Origin: Paecilomyces variotii
Taxonomy: Eukaryota
Assembly (NCBI GenBank): GCA_004022145.1
Contig: RCNU01000012.1
DNA length: 64,000 bases
Strand: one strand, 5' to 3'
A program made the translations under genes and the position numbers. The notes beneath the pieces were generated by a model that had not been told where the DNA came from, did no database searches, and saw only the letters and a list, made by a program, of their open reading frames with translations. Below are positions 14,420 through 28,552 of the stretch, one piece after another (the first letter of the stretch is position 1; every line of letters starts with the position of its first letter).

Positions 14420-15438
14420 AGTTGTTGAATTGTGCGGTATGTTTTTGTCTTTTTGAGAGCTTATGACTTTTTGTGCAAACCTGTCAGGGCTGCGGGGCGT
14501 TTTCTTCCCAGGTTCTGGAGACTCCAAAAAGTCTGCATATTTCTGGAGTTATGAGGCGGAGAAAAAAGTTCCTCGCTATCTCTTTCTTACTGTTACTATA
14601 CTATACTATGATCTATTAGATAGAAGTGATCTACATATGTCCATCGTTTGGTTTGAAGACTATTACGTTGCCATTTTTCATAGATACCGTCGAAGCAGCT
14701 TCAGCTGTAACATCAAAATCAAAATCAACCCAGACTAAGAAAACGCCTGGACATAGGTGATAACCCATCTGGATACCTAGACAGCTGTGTTTACTTCGGT
14801 GGCTCCTGCTGGCTGTCACTAGAGTCACGTGATCAAGGCCACCCTACGTATATAGGCCTGGCTCCTAGCTAGAGTAATCAAGCAAGCTTCTCACCGCTTC
14901 CTTCAACTATCTCTCTAGACTCTAGGATACGATACGATGAGCTACATCTGAATATCCAGAGGCTCTTTATATCCAAATGGTAACCTGATATTGTGGTCTG
15001 GTCTCAGCATGAAGACGAGTTGGGAGATACCGGATACGAAGACGCGACTTCCCTGTGCAAGGTGCCCGTCAACAAAGCTTTGGTTCGATGTTTTCTGCTT
15101 ATACTCGCATACAAACTTCGCTTTGGAGGAGTTAGAAAGATTATGCGCGCTCTTACTACCATGGCAAAATCAGACTGGGGCTCTCCATCCTAGCCTTTGT
15201 GGAAATTGCAATCGGCGATATTGTGATGCTGGACAAAGAAGCGCTATTCAGCTTGGGCCAGAAAACGAATGACTACGACTAATATGAGTTGCACGATAAG
15301 TCGGACATCAAGAAATCCAAATGGTATGAAAGTTTCAGTCCTCAATATTGGTGTTCTAAACTAGCATAGCAGCATCGACCTCCCGGGGCCGGGTAGCATA
15401 GTGCATCCGTGAGATACGCAGATCGTGTCAACACGTAA

Positions 15439-17257
15439 TTATGCAAGACCATACTCCTTAATCAGCTTCTCAGCAGCTGTAGCGCCGGTGACATATGCCA
15501 CGGCCTGGACGTGGCAGCTTGCCAGAACCGGGACAACACTCATGTCGGCCACGCGCAGACCTTCAATACCCTTGACCTTGAAGTTGCTGTCCACCACAGC
15601 ATCCTGGTCATCCAGCTTGCCCATCTTAACCGTGCCGGTCATGTGCCAACTGGAGGACATGGTCTGTCTCCAGTACTCCAGGATGTCTTCGTCGGAATCG
15701 GACTTGGGCTCAGCAAGCGCGATAACATTGTCCTTAGTGTAAGCCGCGTGCTTCGCGACACGGAATGCATCGCGCATACTTTCGATAGCTGCGCGGCGGT
15801 CGAAGGGGTGCTGAAGGAACTTGGGATCAAAGAGAAGAGGCACATCGGGATCAGATGACTGCAGGGTAACTTCACCTCTGGCCTGGGCGTTGAACAAAAA
15901 GACGAGGAAGCATGAGTAACTGAAAGCGTCCTTCGGAAATCCAGGCATGAGCCAGTGGATGGGAACATGCGTCATGAATTCATAGTGTGGGATGGTCTCT
16001 TTCGTCAGATACTGCTTCTCGTCCTCGGGAAGCTCCTGGAACTCCTTGGACTCTTGGAGGCGAGGAATCTTGAACCAACCAACACCCAACTCGCAGGCGA
16101 ACTGGGCCCATGGCCCAGTTCCATCTTTCTTCCACTGCTCCAAAGCCTTATCCATTGCCTTCTGGTCGCCATAGAAAGCGTGACGGTCGTTAGTGCCCTC
16201 CTTGCGTTTGTACACTAGGGGACTAAAGGTGTGGTCACGGAGACCCTTTCCGACAGCCTCGACGGGTTGGACGACAGGAATCTTGTACTTTTCAAGCTGC
16301 TTCGCTGGTCCAATACCGGAATGCATCAGGATCTTGGGGGAGTCCAGAGACCCAGCAGACAGAATGACCTCCTTAGAGGCAAAGTCTGTATAGAGTTGTT
16401 AGCGGTTAATCACATTGAAAAGAACCAGTCAGAATGGCGCGTCAGGCTTACACTTCTTGCCGTTGCTCTCAACACCCACGGCTCTCTTGCCTTCCAAGAT
16501 CAAACGCTGGACTGGCGACTGGGTGATGATCGTCAAGTTTTCTGGCCTAGGCTCAAGTATGTCGGCAGCAGTCGAACGCAAGCCCTTATGAGCGGAATTG
16601 ATCATGAGTGACATTCCAATTGGATTTCCGGAGTTGTGGTCGTTGTTGAAGGGGAAGCCAGCCTTCTCATAGACGTCCAAAACATCTGGGAGATCCCGCT
16701 CAGTCTCCGTTGTGAAACCGACATGGAGAGGACCAGAGGTGCCGTGGTCTGCTGGGTTTGGAGCCTTGAATTTCTTTTCTAAGCCAGCCGGAAGGTCGCC
16801 GTGAAATGTCTCCAAGCTCTTGAACCGAGACTGAATAGGGCCCCATCGGAAGGCATCATCGCCCACGACCCTGGCCCATTCCTCATAGTCGTCTCGGGCA
16901 CCAACTGTGTAGACACCGAAATTGATAGCGCTGGAGCCGCCCATGCCCAGGCCGCGGGAGTAGTCGAGCGAGCGGTTATCAAGGCCCTCCTGAGGTGTGG
17001 TTGAGTATCCCCAGTTCATATGCTTGTTCATGAAAGTTATCCAACGCTGACCATCAATACGTAGGTTCTTGTCATCGTTGACGTCTCCAGCTTCGAGCAG
17101 AAGCACCTTCGGACTTTTCGCAGAACGTGCCAGGCCAGCAGCAACGGTGCTACCAGCCGGTCCAGCTACATCCTCGTCAGCATGGGTTGGCCGTGCAGTT
17201 AAAGGCTGGATATATTCACTCACAGCCCACCACGATAAAGTCGTAAGTCGATGCCAT
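15439..17257 (-). CDS. GMC (glucose-methanol-choline) oxidoreductase
   Basis: MASTYDFIVVG-(intron)-GPAG FAD motif, LLEAG, RGLGMGGSSAIN, GKGLRDH, SSWHMTGT and GLRVADMS. No signal peptide. Confidence 0.92.
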
Positions 17258-18622
17258 GATCTTTGTTTAAGCGGATGCTTGCTCCTATGCTAGAAAGACC
17301 CTGCCAGAAAATCAAGGGAAAGATGTGTCTATCGTGGAGGATATAGAGAAGGTCTGGGAATGTTCATCTCACGGGGTTCCGCGGGACTGATATATGCAGA
17401 GAGCGAATCCTGCGGTTCGCATCTACGGTACCTTGTCTGACCATCTTCCTCAAGCTAGTGTATACATGCGGTTCCTACTAAGCGGACTAGCGCGTTAGCT
17501 GCAGCCCGTCAGACCCGCTGTTTGCCGTCCTAATTTTACTCCATGCGGCGCGGTAGATGCTCCGTACTTTTGCAGCTACCAGTCTATTGCGGTTGTAACG
17601 GTTTCGGGATATGAACGACAATGCATCATATTACACACGCCAGCTCCGCAGCGTACATGCATAGCAGTCCATATCTTTTCAAGATATGTAGCTCGTCAAA
17701 ACGTGATATATTCTCACCGCTGAACAACCAGTCAAAAGCTACCCTCTGAGCTGTCATTTGAATACCTGAAGAAACGGAATCAGGCCGACTAAATCTCGGA
17801 CAGAACCTCGCTGATCATCCAGTAAAGAGGATGGAAAAAGTCTGAGGTAGAACGGCGTTGCTTCGTTAGCATCATCCGTTCAGTGTAAACCCGTCTTTCA
17901 AGCAAAGAAAAAAAATATGATAATTACCAGATGTATCACCTGTGGCCACAAAAATGAATTCATTCTGAGTGCGACGAACAGGAGATATCATTGGCCATGG
18001 GCTATTCCTCCTTAGGATCTTTCATACATGCATGGGGCCAAAAAATTCGAAGCACTCAAGAACTTCTCAGATTGGGTACCCCTTTCTTGTCCTAAGTTAA
18101 ACCCGGAGCCGAAAAGTCTGCATCTCCTCCTTGGGCTCCGTTAATCACTTCCGGTCGCAATTCGACCGTGTGTCGCGGTGAAGGGCGACAGGCACCGGTG
18201 CTCTTGATTCCTCCACCCGTCCCCTGCGCCGCAAGTCTCACAGGCCCCAATCATATCGGATGGACCAGGCGTTGAAGTATTCGGGGACGCGTACGGAGTA
18301 GTTGGACTAAAATTATCTAGATCGTTCCGAAACCCAGGAGTAACGGGCCGAGAGTCTGGGTCCATTACCTCGGGACTTTAAACATACATCTGAAAACAAG
18401 GATTGGAATCCATTTGCCGTTAGGACATGCAATATTACGACGGTCCTCCTATTGGGAATCAACCGACGTGGCTTTGCCGCCGCCCGCTCGTTCGCTACAT
18501 TGTACCTCTATACCGTTCTTTTTTAGTTTCTTTCCACGCGCGTGTGCACCATTCCTTCTGCATATCTTTATCTTCCAACTTCAATACCTTTAGGCCTACT
18601 GTGTAGGAGGATATCCGCGAAT

Positions 18623-20109
18623 ATGGGGGCTCCTGCGGATGTCGAACAATGGACCCTCCTGGCCTTGGCTATCGTTATCATCATTGTTCGTGTCTATGTA
18701 CGATGGACGCTGGTTGGACCTCGAAATTTCGCCGCTGATGATTATCTGATGCCTGTTGCGGGAGTAAGTTGATCCCTTGATGGACACTCAGGAAGACGAG
18801 ACATGAAGACTGATCATTTTCTAGATTGTATTTATAATGGAGACGGTGGCAGCATACCTTGTCGGTGCGAAATTCGGCGGCTTGACGAATAGTTATATGA
18901 CTCCAGAGGAGCGGGCGGAGCTGGATCCGAACTCGAAAGAATACTATGACCGGGTCTGGGGATCCAAGATCCAAGTAATCGGCTGGTCTTTCTATGTCTT
19001 CATTCTGTGGACCATCAAATTCTGCCTAGCATTCTTCTACGCCCGGTTGACGTACGTGATCTCGACTTTATCTGATTAGAATCTCGCCATGATACTGATT
19101 GGATGCGATTAGGACCGGATTAGCATATATGGAGCTGCGCGTCAAAATTGCCTATGTAGTGTTGGGAGCAACTTACATCATGGTCTGCCTCACTCTTTTG
19201 CTCAGTTGCCGGCCCATGCACAAGTTCTGGCAGATAAATCCTGATCCAGGGAGTGAGTAAACGCCGGGAAGTTCATTCTAGGTTGGAAGCTATACTAACT
19301 GGAGATGCAGATATCTGCCAGGCGACCCACTCGCAGGTGTATGTGTACATTGCGGTGGTCCCTAATGTGCTCACTGACTTGTATTTGCTGTCCATTCCCC
19401 TGCCGGTAAGAAATGCAAGCTCCTTTGATATGTCCACTTGGGATCTAATTTTTTTCCATAGATGGTATGGAAGGTAAATATTAGCGTTCGCAAGAGAGTC
19501 TCCTTGATGGCTCTGTTCAGTGGAGCTGCCTTCGTGATCATGGCCTCTATCATACGTGCCGTGACAATTGTCAAGGTCAGTACTCTGAATTTGAATCACG
19601 GTTGCGAATGTTCTCTCTAACCCGACATATTTGTACAGTCTGGCCCGAACGGCGCAGTGGCAGGAAGTCAATGGGCCTGTCGTGAGACCTTCGTGTCCAT
19701 CATCGTTTCCAATATACCCATCATCCAGCCTCTGCTCCGAAAAGGAGCTAAAATGATAGGTCTCTCGGTTCTGTTCAGCTCATATGCCTCCAAACCTACA
19801 CAGAGCTACCCTCTCTCGAGCAGGGAACCGACATCTCGAAAAAGAGGTACTCATCCGCTTTCGATCCCGAAGGGCACTGCTTGGGGCAGCGACGAACATA
19901 TTTTGGTGCAAGACGGCCCTAGCAGTCACGGGGGCGAAGCATCAAAGGAAATCACAGTGGTCCAGGAGACAGTCGTTCAGTCAGAGACCTGGTCGAAGCA
20001 CCATGCCAGTCATTCCGCAGGGCGTAATGAGTGGTTGCAAAATCCTGCTGAAAATGATGCCTACCGCTTTTCTGTCACTGGAGGCGCTCAAGATCCTCAT
20101 GACCTTTAG
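18623..20109 (+). CDS. PTH11-like (non-CFEM) fungal rhodopsin-family integral membrane protein, multi-exon
   Basis: Hydrophobic helices with RVYVR..ADDYL, GSKIQVIGW..Y..LW.IKFC, NVLTDLYLLSIPLP and WACRETFVSIIVSNIP. Confidence 0.82.
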
Positions 20110-21656
20110 TCCTTCGGCCACGACAGATTGTTCGATTCGTATCAAGGTTGTTTCTATGCCTCATGATCTTATTGGGGGGTCTAATGTCGTCTTCGCTGTT
20201 CGGTTGGTACACACTGGTATTCTGGGGACTCTCATCCTTAATCGTTGGGCTCAAATAACCCACCACGAAATTCTTGGCTTTCTTGTCTATGACTTTGCTT
20301 TGTCTACCTTTCCCTTCAGTCTGAAACCCTACTGTAATATTCGTTTTTTTGTTATGTCTATACATCTTATGAGAACCAGATATAGCTCGTTTATTTGGAT
20401 CGAACTTCCTGCGAGTCAGGGGAATGAATGTACATACTTCTGGTTTCTATCCGCCGGCTTCTTTGTTCTATTGATCATGTCGAGTACATCCAATATTGAC
20501 TCCGTAGTGCACAATGCAGCCTAGGTAGAATAGAGGCTGTTGAAATGGAAGCACGATCCCAGCCGCCAAGGATCTCCCAGTGGTAAACATTATTCATTTG
20601 AGGCATATGTCAAGCGTATTCCCCGATCAACAATACAACTTTCCAGATTAGTTCCTTTCACTTTCTTTTTCCTCTTGACACCTAGGATATTTCAACAAGG
20701 GGTCCAGGGTATCTACTGTTAGTTACAAGCGACCATTCTTCTTGGCCCCCAAACCCAAGAATTGCGCCTCTCCCGACAAAATGAGGCTGCCCACTCCACC
20801 TTTTCCAACAATATAATACGAATTTTCCCCATAGCTTCAAACCCCATACTCTAGTGGTTACTCCGCATGACGGCCCGCGATAGCGCCGTAATCGCGTGCT
20901 TATTTAGACGGAACGGGGCTTCCGGGTCTAGCGTCCCACGTTAATGGAACTATTACGGAGTAAGTAGAAGTCTGCGCGAGTTTCTTCAGCGTGTTGGGTA
21001 CGGCATTCATATATTATTAGTGTTTGTTAGACCGTGCGGAAGAATGCTCCCTCACCGGTGTCATTGGAAAAGTCTTAGTTTTTTCGCTTCGCTTACGGCG
21101 TTGTTCGGACTTGGGGCACGTCACGGAACTATCTTTAGAGTTGATAAGCTGTTTCTCTTTTTTGGGTCCGTCGAATTTAACTCCTCGCTGTGGATTTTTC
21201 CGCTAATTTACGCATCGAGCGTTACGCCGTCACATCGCCAAGGTAATCGGCACACAGATAAAGCTTCAAGACAGCAGAAAATTTTACAGGGGTCCCCCAT
21301 GCAGTAATTGAGCAGAGCAACGTATGGAAGCTTGTGAGTAAGTACTATACCATAATCCTTACTATCATCACTAGCGATGCGACTGCAAGTAAGTACCTAG
21401 GTAGCGCTAGAAATGACTCCTGAACTAGGCTCCAAAGCCTCAAATCCGCAGTTATGAGTATTTCCATCCAGGGTTTATACTAGTATTCGTCATATATACA
21501 ATGTGGAAACGATAACTCTTTCGATGATCGATCATACCAAGTTGAAGATTTTCGTACCGCAGTGCAATCACTAGTTAGTTACTACTTACTACTGACGGCT
21601 GCGACAACGGAACATCTTATTTACTGTGCATTATTTAGATCGGCGAAAGTACCAAT

Positions 21657-23570
21657 CTAGGCGGGGATCTGAGCGTCCTTGGCATCAACACCAGCTCTCC
21701 ATCTGTACTTGGACGCTGGGTGCTCTGGCAACGGGCCCGACTGGCCTTTTTTGCCATAGAAGTTCTCGCGGTAAGTTCCCTTCTTGACGGCGTAGTCGTC
21801 CCAGAAGAGGCCTCGGGAACGCAGTTCTGGAAGAAGGAGCTCGATGATGTCCTTGAAAGAGCCGGGTTTCACGGCGTAGGCCTGGGTCACGGTATGTTAG
21901 AATCGTTACGACATCAGATGTTGTTTAAGGAGCCTTACGAAGTTGAAACCATCTACGTCAGCTTCGTTAACCCATCGCTCGATTTCGTCCGCCACTTGAG
22001 CGCCCGTGCCGACAGCAGTCGCTCCTAATCCGCCTACCGTGATATGTTGAGCAATGGTCTCCTTTGTCCATTTGGGAACTTCAGGGGTCGCTCTAGACCA
22101 TCCTTCGACGGCAGATCTGTGAGAAAGCTGAATCAGCATTGATGGTCTGGAGGGTTCTGGAGGTGTCAGGTTCAGCATACCGGATAGCGTTGCTCTCAAC
22201 CTGGCGAAGTTCTTGGTCATCATCGTATTTGCTCAGATCGATTCCGGTCCAGCCTCCGAACAATGCCAGTGCACCCTCAGTCGAACCAAGGCTGCGGAAG
22301 TACCGAAACTTCTCTTTCGCCTCCTCCTCTGTGCGGCCCAGGACAGGGCAGAGCAATGCCAGGAACTTGATGTCTTGCGGGTTACGTCCGAATTCCTCCT
22401 TGGCCTGTTGACGGATCTCCGCGATGTTCTTTGCGACCACCGATGGACTGTGGCCGGCAACGAAGATGGCTTCCGCGTGCTGGGCGGCAAAGGTCTTTCC
22501 AGCTTTAGAGGTACCCGCTTGCAGGAGCAGTGGAGTCCGCTGAGGGCTAGGCTGGCAGATATGCGGTCCAGGGACAGTGTAAAATTTGCCTTCATGGTTG
22601 ATTTGACGGACGCGAGAGGGCTCTGTGTAGATGCCTCTTTCTCTGTCAAGGACGACGGCGTCATCTCTCCATGACGACTCCCAGAGTTTGTACGTGACCT
22701 TGATATATTCTTCTGCTACTGCATAGCGATCATCGTGCTACGACGAAGCGTCAGCCTCCCCTGCTATGTGGTTCTTGAAGGGCATGGGGCATCTTACCCC
22801 AGGCTGTTGGGTATGTCCCAAGTTTCGCGCAGCGGAATCGAGATATCCCGTGACGATCTATTGGCAAGTCAAGTCAGTCAGCGCTCCATCGGTGCAAGCA
22901 ATACTCGGGGGCCCCGTACGTTCCATCCTATTCTACACCACGATTGTTAGCTTCAGTTTACGGGGCCTTGTGTTCTTTTATGGTATGTACCTACCTTCCT
23001 TTGGTCAGGTGGTCGACAGTAGATAACCTCCTTGCCAGGTGATAGGGCTGTTCATACGTCGTGGTGACTGTGACGCCGAAGCCAATATTCTGCGTAGCCG
23101 CTGCCATCGCTGGAACGACAGCCAATGGCTCGTTTACTGGCCATTGAGCACCGGAGACGATGGCCGGGTCGAGGTTACGAGGTCCCTTGTATACATCATA
23201 ACCACCTGTTCTTCCAGTTAGCTACTGGAGCAGCACCCCGAGGCCGCAAGACATGATTACCGAGGACATCTGCAATGAATATTCCGTGGAATTTCGCTTC
23301 TTCAAGTAGCTTTGCTAGCTCGATCCAGTGGTCGACGTCGTTGAAGCGCCAGGATTCATCCTCGGGATGTCTCCAGAGACCTGGCGACTGGTGGCCGCTG
23401 CCTATTGAACGCAATTGGTTATTATGTCAGTCTGCAAAATGCGCAATACTTGAATCACTTGCCTGTCGTCGAATATATTCGAGCAACACAGCTTACTTAC
23501 ACATTTCCACAAAGGCATTGAGAATCAAGCTCTTGCGCGCCTTCTTGGACGCATCGTTGGTTGCGGCCAT
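21657..23570 (-). CDS. NtaA/SnaA/DszA-family FMN-dependent (luciferase-like) monooxygenase, many introns
   Basis: LILNAF, SGHQSPGLW.HPED, AKLLEEAKFHGIFIADVLG, GR-IGWN-IVTG, HDDRY, QAGTS, ADVDGFN and LPELRSRGLFW. Confidence 0.9.
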
Positions 23571-24769
23571 GGTGAGGTTGGGCAATTAGGGACAGGGATA
23601 CGTGACGAAAGGTCTGCAATCTACTTCAATCCGCATACAATGAATTCGAAAGATAACAGGCAATGGCTTAAGTAGGTGCAGATGCGCTGACGCAGCAATC
23701 TGCGCAATTTTCTGGCCGAGTGGTTATTATATCGGACCTGCTGCGAAGCTCGCCCTTTCGTGCGAACCCCTCCAACCCCGCGCCGAGGCCGCTGCAGATT
23801 CGGGACATTTCGTAGAGAATATCATAGCATCAATGTGGGCCGAGATGACGCGATTTCGCCAAAAGCCTGAACGGGAGAGAACTTGGTCGAGCAGGGGCAG
23901 ATCACTGTAGGACAGGAAAGCTTAATCGAGAAAAACGGTCGAAGGTGAAAAGGAGCATAATATCGGCAATTGTAGAGGAGGATGCGAGTATGCAGCAGTG
24001 GATTGTCCAGAAATGGATAACATGGCGTTCATATTGAGAGCTTCGGAAACAAAAGGTGGTGGAGATTCCCGTTTCTTTTTAGGACGCCGTTTAAAGTTGG
24101 CTCTATCAGCGCTAACATTCTTAACTCTACTTAGTAGATCCATTTCTCCAGCTTCAAGGAACCACGCGTGTATTTCCGGGTGTGTCTCTTTCAGCGTATC
24201 TCGAATTTGATTTTTGCAAGCACGACATTGTGTCCAACTATCCTGCGAGTTCCCCCAAAGCATAAAAACCAGTCGCAAGATCCACCGTGACGTTCTCTCC
24301 ATGCCATACGCCGAAGAAGCCAGGAACCACACCATCAGATCTTCATGAAAAAGGCGTCAACGCAGCATTGAGCTTCCTGATCTCCCTTCGCTAGCGCAGC
24401 ACACCATCGCTATCTGTTATCGACTCATCGTGGGTCCAATCTGATGCAGCATTGAGGAAACTCCCATACAAACATGATGTTGTCCAAAGCCGCAGTTGCC
24501 CTCGAACTTTCCCTCCCCTCTCTATCCGAAGATCGTACTATGTTGGAGATGTGGCAACTATTGGACGGTGGAAGATCATCCTGCTCCTCAACTTAGACCA
24601 GATTATCGGGACATGGCCTTGGGGGATGCATGCCGAGTACCTGGTCCTGGACCTTCCTCTAGCCCGGTCTGGCCTTGATAAATTCAGATGATCCGGCTCT
24701 ATCCCTGATCTTCTGACATTTTGGCAAGTGCAGCTCTTGTTGACCCTGCGCCGCAGTTCGCAGTTCATC

Positions 24770-27432
24770 ATGGTCGAACTACACAGTCGTGGCGGCGTGA
24801 CCGCTACTGCAATCACGCCGCCTCTTCCCCAGGTGGTTGGCTATATCGTCGTCGTCGTAGTCGGGTTGATTATTGCTTTAGGTATTTCTCCTTACCGTTT
24901 TCAATGCCATGAAGGTATATATCTAATTATGGCCGTCTCACTGCAGCCATGATGGTTATCACCCGTATTCTGAATAGGACAGTCGGAGAGGACAACAAGA
25001 AGACAGAAATGTGGGATTCATCTCCCCTTTTTACCTTACTTTTGGCTGACAGAGTCCAGGTTCATGACGGCGAATCGAACGGTACGCACTGGTTTAACAT
25101 CTTCTGCTGTCGTATCGGTGAGTATCTATCTCTATCTGATTGAGAAGAAATTGAGTTCTGACATTGCTGAAGTCCTGGCTGTGGACAACAGCCATGTTGG
25201 GTCCAGGTCTCGTAGGATACAGCTATGGAATGGCAGGACCTTTCTGGTTTGCCGCCGGCTGTAGCCCAATGATCGTGTTCTTTGCATTGCTAGGGGTCTC
25301 GTGCAAGAATAAGATCCCTGAGGCACATACCTCCCTGGAAGTTGTCAGAGTCCGCTATGGTCAGTCCAACCCATTGCTACGTCCAGAAATGAAGTATAGG
25401 CTGACAAGCGCAGGTCGTGTCGCTCATCTCGTCTTTATGGCTCTCTGTCTGGTGAACAACATCTTTGCCTGTGCAAACATGTTGCTAGGTGCCGCAGCTG
25501 CCATCTCTGCTATGTAATGAACCTGGACCTGTTTGCTCGTCGCCATATACGCTAACACTATCAGGACTGGAATGCACGTCATCGCAGCAACTTTCCTTCT
25601 ACCAGTTGGAGTATCCATCTACACCTTTGTCGGCGGGATCAAGGCAACTTTAATTACCGATTATTTCCACACAGTGATCATTCTGATCATTGCGTGTTAC
25701 TTCTCGATTAAGGTTTTTACCTATGATCAGATCGGTTCTGTTGGCAACCTATTCGAGCTCGTCAAGGCGGCTTCCATTCGCAACCCTGTTTCTGGGAACG
25801 AACAGGGGACATATCTGACTATGACTTCTAAGGGGGTATGTGTCTGCTGTTCAGATAAAGTCCTCGGTATACTGATGTCTTCTGAAAGGCCATCCTGTTC
25901 GGAATCATTCATATCTGCTCTAATTTCGGATTGGTCATTGTAAGTCCACTCGCAACGAAAGATCCAAGTTATCATCGCTGACAATCATACGTAGATGGAT
26001 ACCAGTTACTTCATCAAGGCTTTCTCTGCATCGCCTTCCGCAGTTGTCCCAGGTTACACCATTGGAGGGATTGCATATTTTGGAATCCCCTGGGCACTTG
26101 GAACTTTGATGAGCTCGGTTGCCCTTGGTCTTGAAAATAATCCGGTCTTCCCCACGTATCCTAGAGTGAGCTATTGCGTTATTAACCCCTACTCGATGTA
26201 GCTTGCGACTAACCGACATCATAGCGCATGACTGAGACAGAAGTCAATGCCGGTCTCGTCCTCCCGTACGCTGCCTTGACCGTCGCTGGCAAGGGTGGCG
26301 CAGCTGCAGTCGTTCTGATCACTTTCATGGGGGTGACGTCGACTCTATCTGCCCAGGTCATTGCAGTCAGTTCTATCATCAGTTTCGACATGTACAGAGA
26401 GTACTTCAACAAATCCGCTTCAGACCAGCAGGTTATTCGATGGAGTCACTTTGGAGTAGTCTTCTTTTCTCTCTTCTCAGCTGGCTTCAGTACCATGCTG
26501 CACTATGTCGGAATTGACCTTCAGTGGACTCTCTACATGCTCGGTAAGACCGGATAATTTGTGCTATTATACCATTCCCTCCTAGCTGTACTAACACCAT
26601 TTAAGGCGTCGTCACCTGTCCTGGTATCTTCCCCATGGCTTTCACCATCCTCTGGCGCCGCCAAAGCAAAGCCGCCGCAATTCTCGCGCCCATTCTCGGC
26701 TTCGGCACAGGACTCGGTGTCTGGCTCGGAACTGCCCAAGCCTTCTACGGTGAAGTGTCAGTCACGTCGACGGGGCAAGTTCTTCCCTGCGTCTACGGCA
26801 CCGTTGCCTCTGCCTTCTCACCCATCCCATACTCGGTCCTCATCACTCTCCTCAAACCACAGAACTACGACTGGTCCGACTTCAAGAAGGAGCATCTTGC
26901 ACTTGAGAAGCTCGATAGCGATCTCACAACCGCCCATCACCATGACGAGAGAGCCGCAGTGCGTGAAGAAACCGCACCCGTCGCCCCGCCTACTCGTCAG
27001 GAATTCAAACGATGGAGCCGTATCGCTGCATTCTGGTCTATCGCTACGTTCCTCGGTCACTGGGTTATCTGGCCATTACCGATGTATGGATCGCACTACG
27101 TTTTTCAAAAAGGAGTAAGTTCCAGAACCGCATAATGCTAATTACCCCAAAAAGATCACAACAATCACTAACGTGAGAGCGTACAGTTCTACGCAGCATG
27201 GGTCATCGTCGCGATTATCTGGCTCTGGCTCACCATGCTCATGGCGACCTTCTACCCCCTCATTGATGGAGGGTTCCAGCAGATAATCCAAGTCATCCGC
27301 GGTCTTCGTCAGGGAGCGCCTATCTACGGAAGCAGGAAAACCGACAGTTCTCCTTCCTCGTCATTCATCGAATCCAGAGTCAACGAGGCTACTAACGTGC
27401 AAGAAGAGGCTGCGCCAAAGTTGAAGGAGTAA
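24770..27432 (+). CDS. Sodium:solute symporter family urea/polyamine active transporter (Dur3-like), about 9-10 exons
   Basis: FMTANRTVRTGLTSSAVVSSWLW, K.KIPEAHT..E..R.RYG, GGIKATLITDYFHT, DTSYFIKAF and AQVIAVSSIISFD.Y. Confidence 0.9.
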
Positions 27433-27883
27433 GATAATATAGATAAGGAACGACTTAACCTGCTCTTAAACCCTATATTTGGAGAAACTGGAATTGGCCG
27501 TGTGCTTTCGTCTTTTGGATTAGATACGACTTACTTCTTGGGTATTTGATGCGTTTAATGCGTGTGATGAATGCATGTATTGTATGGGTATACTAGAGGC
27601 TTAATAGAGTCTAGATGGGTTATAGAAATAGCACAATAGTAATAACGAAAAACATAAAATAGAACATTAACAGATTTGACATTAGGTATGATAATAATAA
27701 TAAAGAACAAGTCTAAAGATATATGTCATAACTTTCTTCCCGCAGAAAATAGAAAAGCCACGGGTATTTTTCAGCCTCGGCGAAGACATTGGAAATGACA
27801 CAATACTAAGTACATCCATAAATATTAAAGATATATATATATGAGAATACACTTTTAAACACCACATAACTAACCCCTCCTCC

Positions 27884-28532
27884 TTAGACAGGAGGCAGCA
27901 ACATCGCCATAGCGCCAGTTTTCTCTTCAGGTCTGCGGTTTTCGTCATCTCGGGGAGTAGAAGAACACGCAGCTAGGGTCTGACCATTCGGACGGCCCCA
28001 AATTCGTGGCGTGGATGTCGCGTCTGAGTATCCTGGAGGGTCCGCGCGCTCCAGGGATCTAGACGTATTATCTGATATGTCAGAAAGGCTACCGCTGCCG
28101 TCTAGGCTTCCAGGATTCGGTAGACCAATCCTCCGAGGACGGAAGACGTCTTCCTCTTCATCGTTCTCTGCATCTACCTCTGCTTCTGTATCGTCCTGAC
28201 CGATAGATCTGTCCCGACGTTCACAGGTTATCTGTATCGGGACCCTCAGCGAGCTGCTTGGGGCGATGAGGTTTGCGTTCGGGGTGTAATACGACACGCA
28301 GAGGTCAAGTGCGTAGGTGCGCGAGATTAGGCATGAATGGAACGTCGGTACAAAAGACTTGGATTTCGGAAGCGTTATAGGGACAAGAATCGAGGCGGTA
28401 TAGAAGGTCTTGCTGGAACATGAGGCCGATGGCCCCGTCAGGGATTCCGTAGATGAAGCAGATTGCGTGGAGACTCGACGGGGCATGTTGGCATCGTTTC
28501 CGTTGCAATGTTTCTCCCATTGAACGGAGGCT
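27884..28532 (-). pseudogene. 3' part of an alpha-arrestin gene separated by a transposon insertion; carries the PPGY motif
   Basis: FYTASILVPITLP, FVPTFHSCLISRTYALDL and PPGY. Joins in frame to the 5' part when the element is removed (..RCIAS|VQWEKH..). Confidence 0.88.
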
Positions 28533-28552
28533 TTATCTCAGCAAGCTCAGAC
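28533..28552 (+). repeat. left terminal inverted repeat (extends to 24 bp with 1 mismatch)
   Basis: ttatctcagcaagctcagac is the reverse complement of 36872-36891. Confidence 0.95.

Noticed and set aside
19784-20524. 246-aa ORF overlapping the 3' end of the PTH11-like gene
   Set aside because: An alternative frame running into the 3' UTR, with no domain signal. Most other short ORFs in the track are similarly antisense or alternative-frame shadows of real genes.
23402-23500. Internal CAG|GCAAGT in the first monooxygenase intron as a recursive or twin intron
   Set aside because: The upstream unit would be only 38 nt with no good branch point. A single 99-nt intron restores the frame.
23922-24335. 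137-aa ORF between the monooxygenase and the transporter
   Set aside because: Non-ATG start and no recognisable domain. It lies in a divergent promoter.
23571-24900. TPP riboswitch upstream of the Dur3-like transporter
   Set aside because: Some fungal Dur3-family genes have one, but I found no CTGAGA plus GATCTGGATAATACCAGCG-like aptamer core here.
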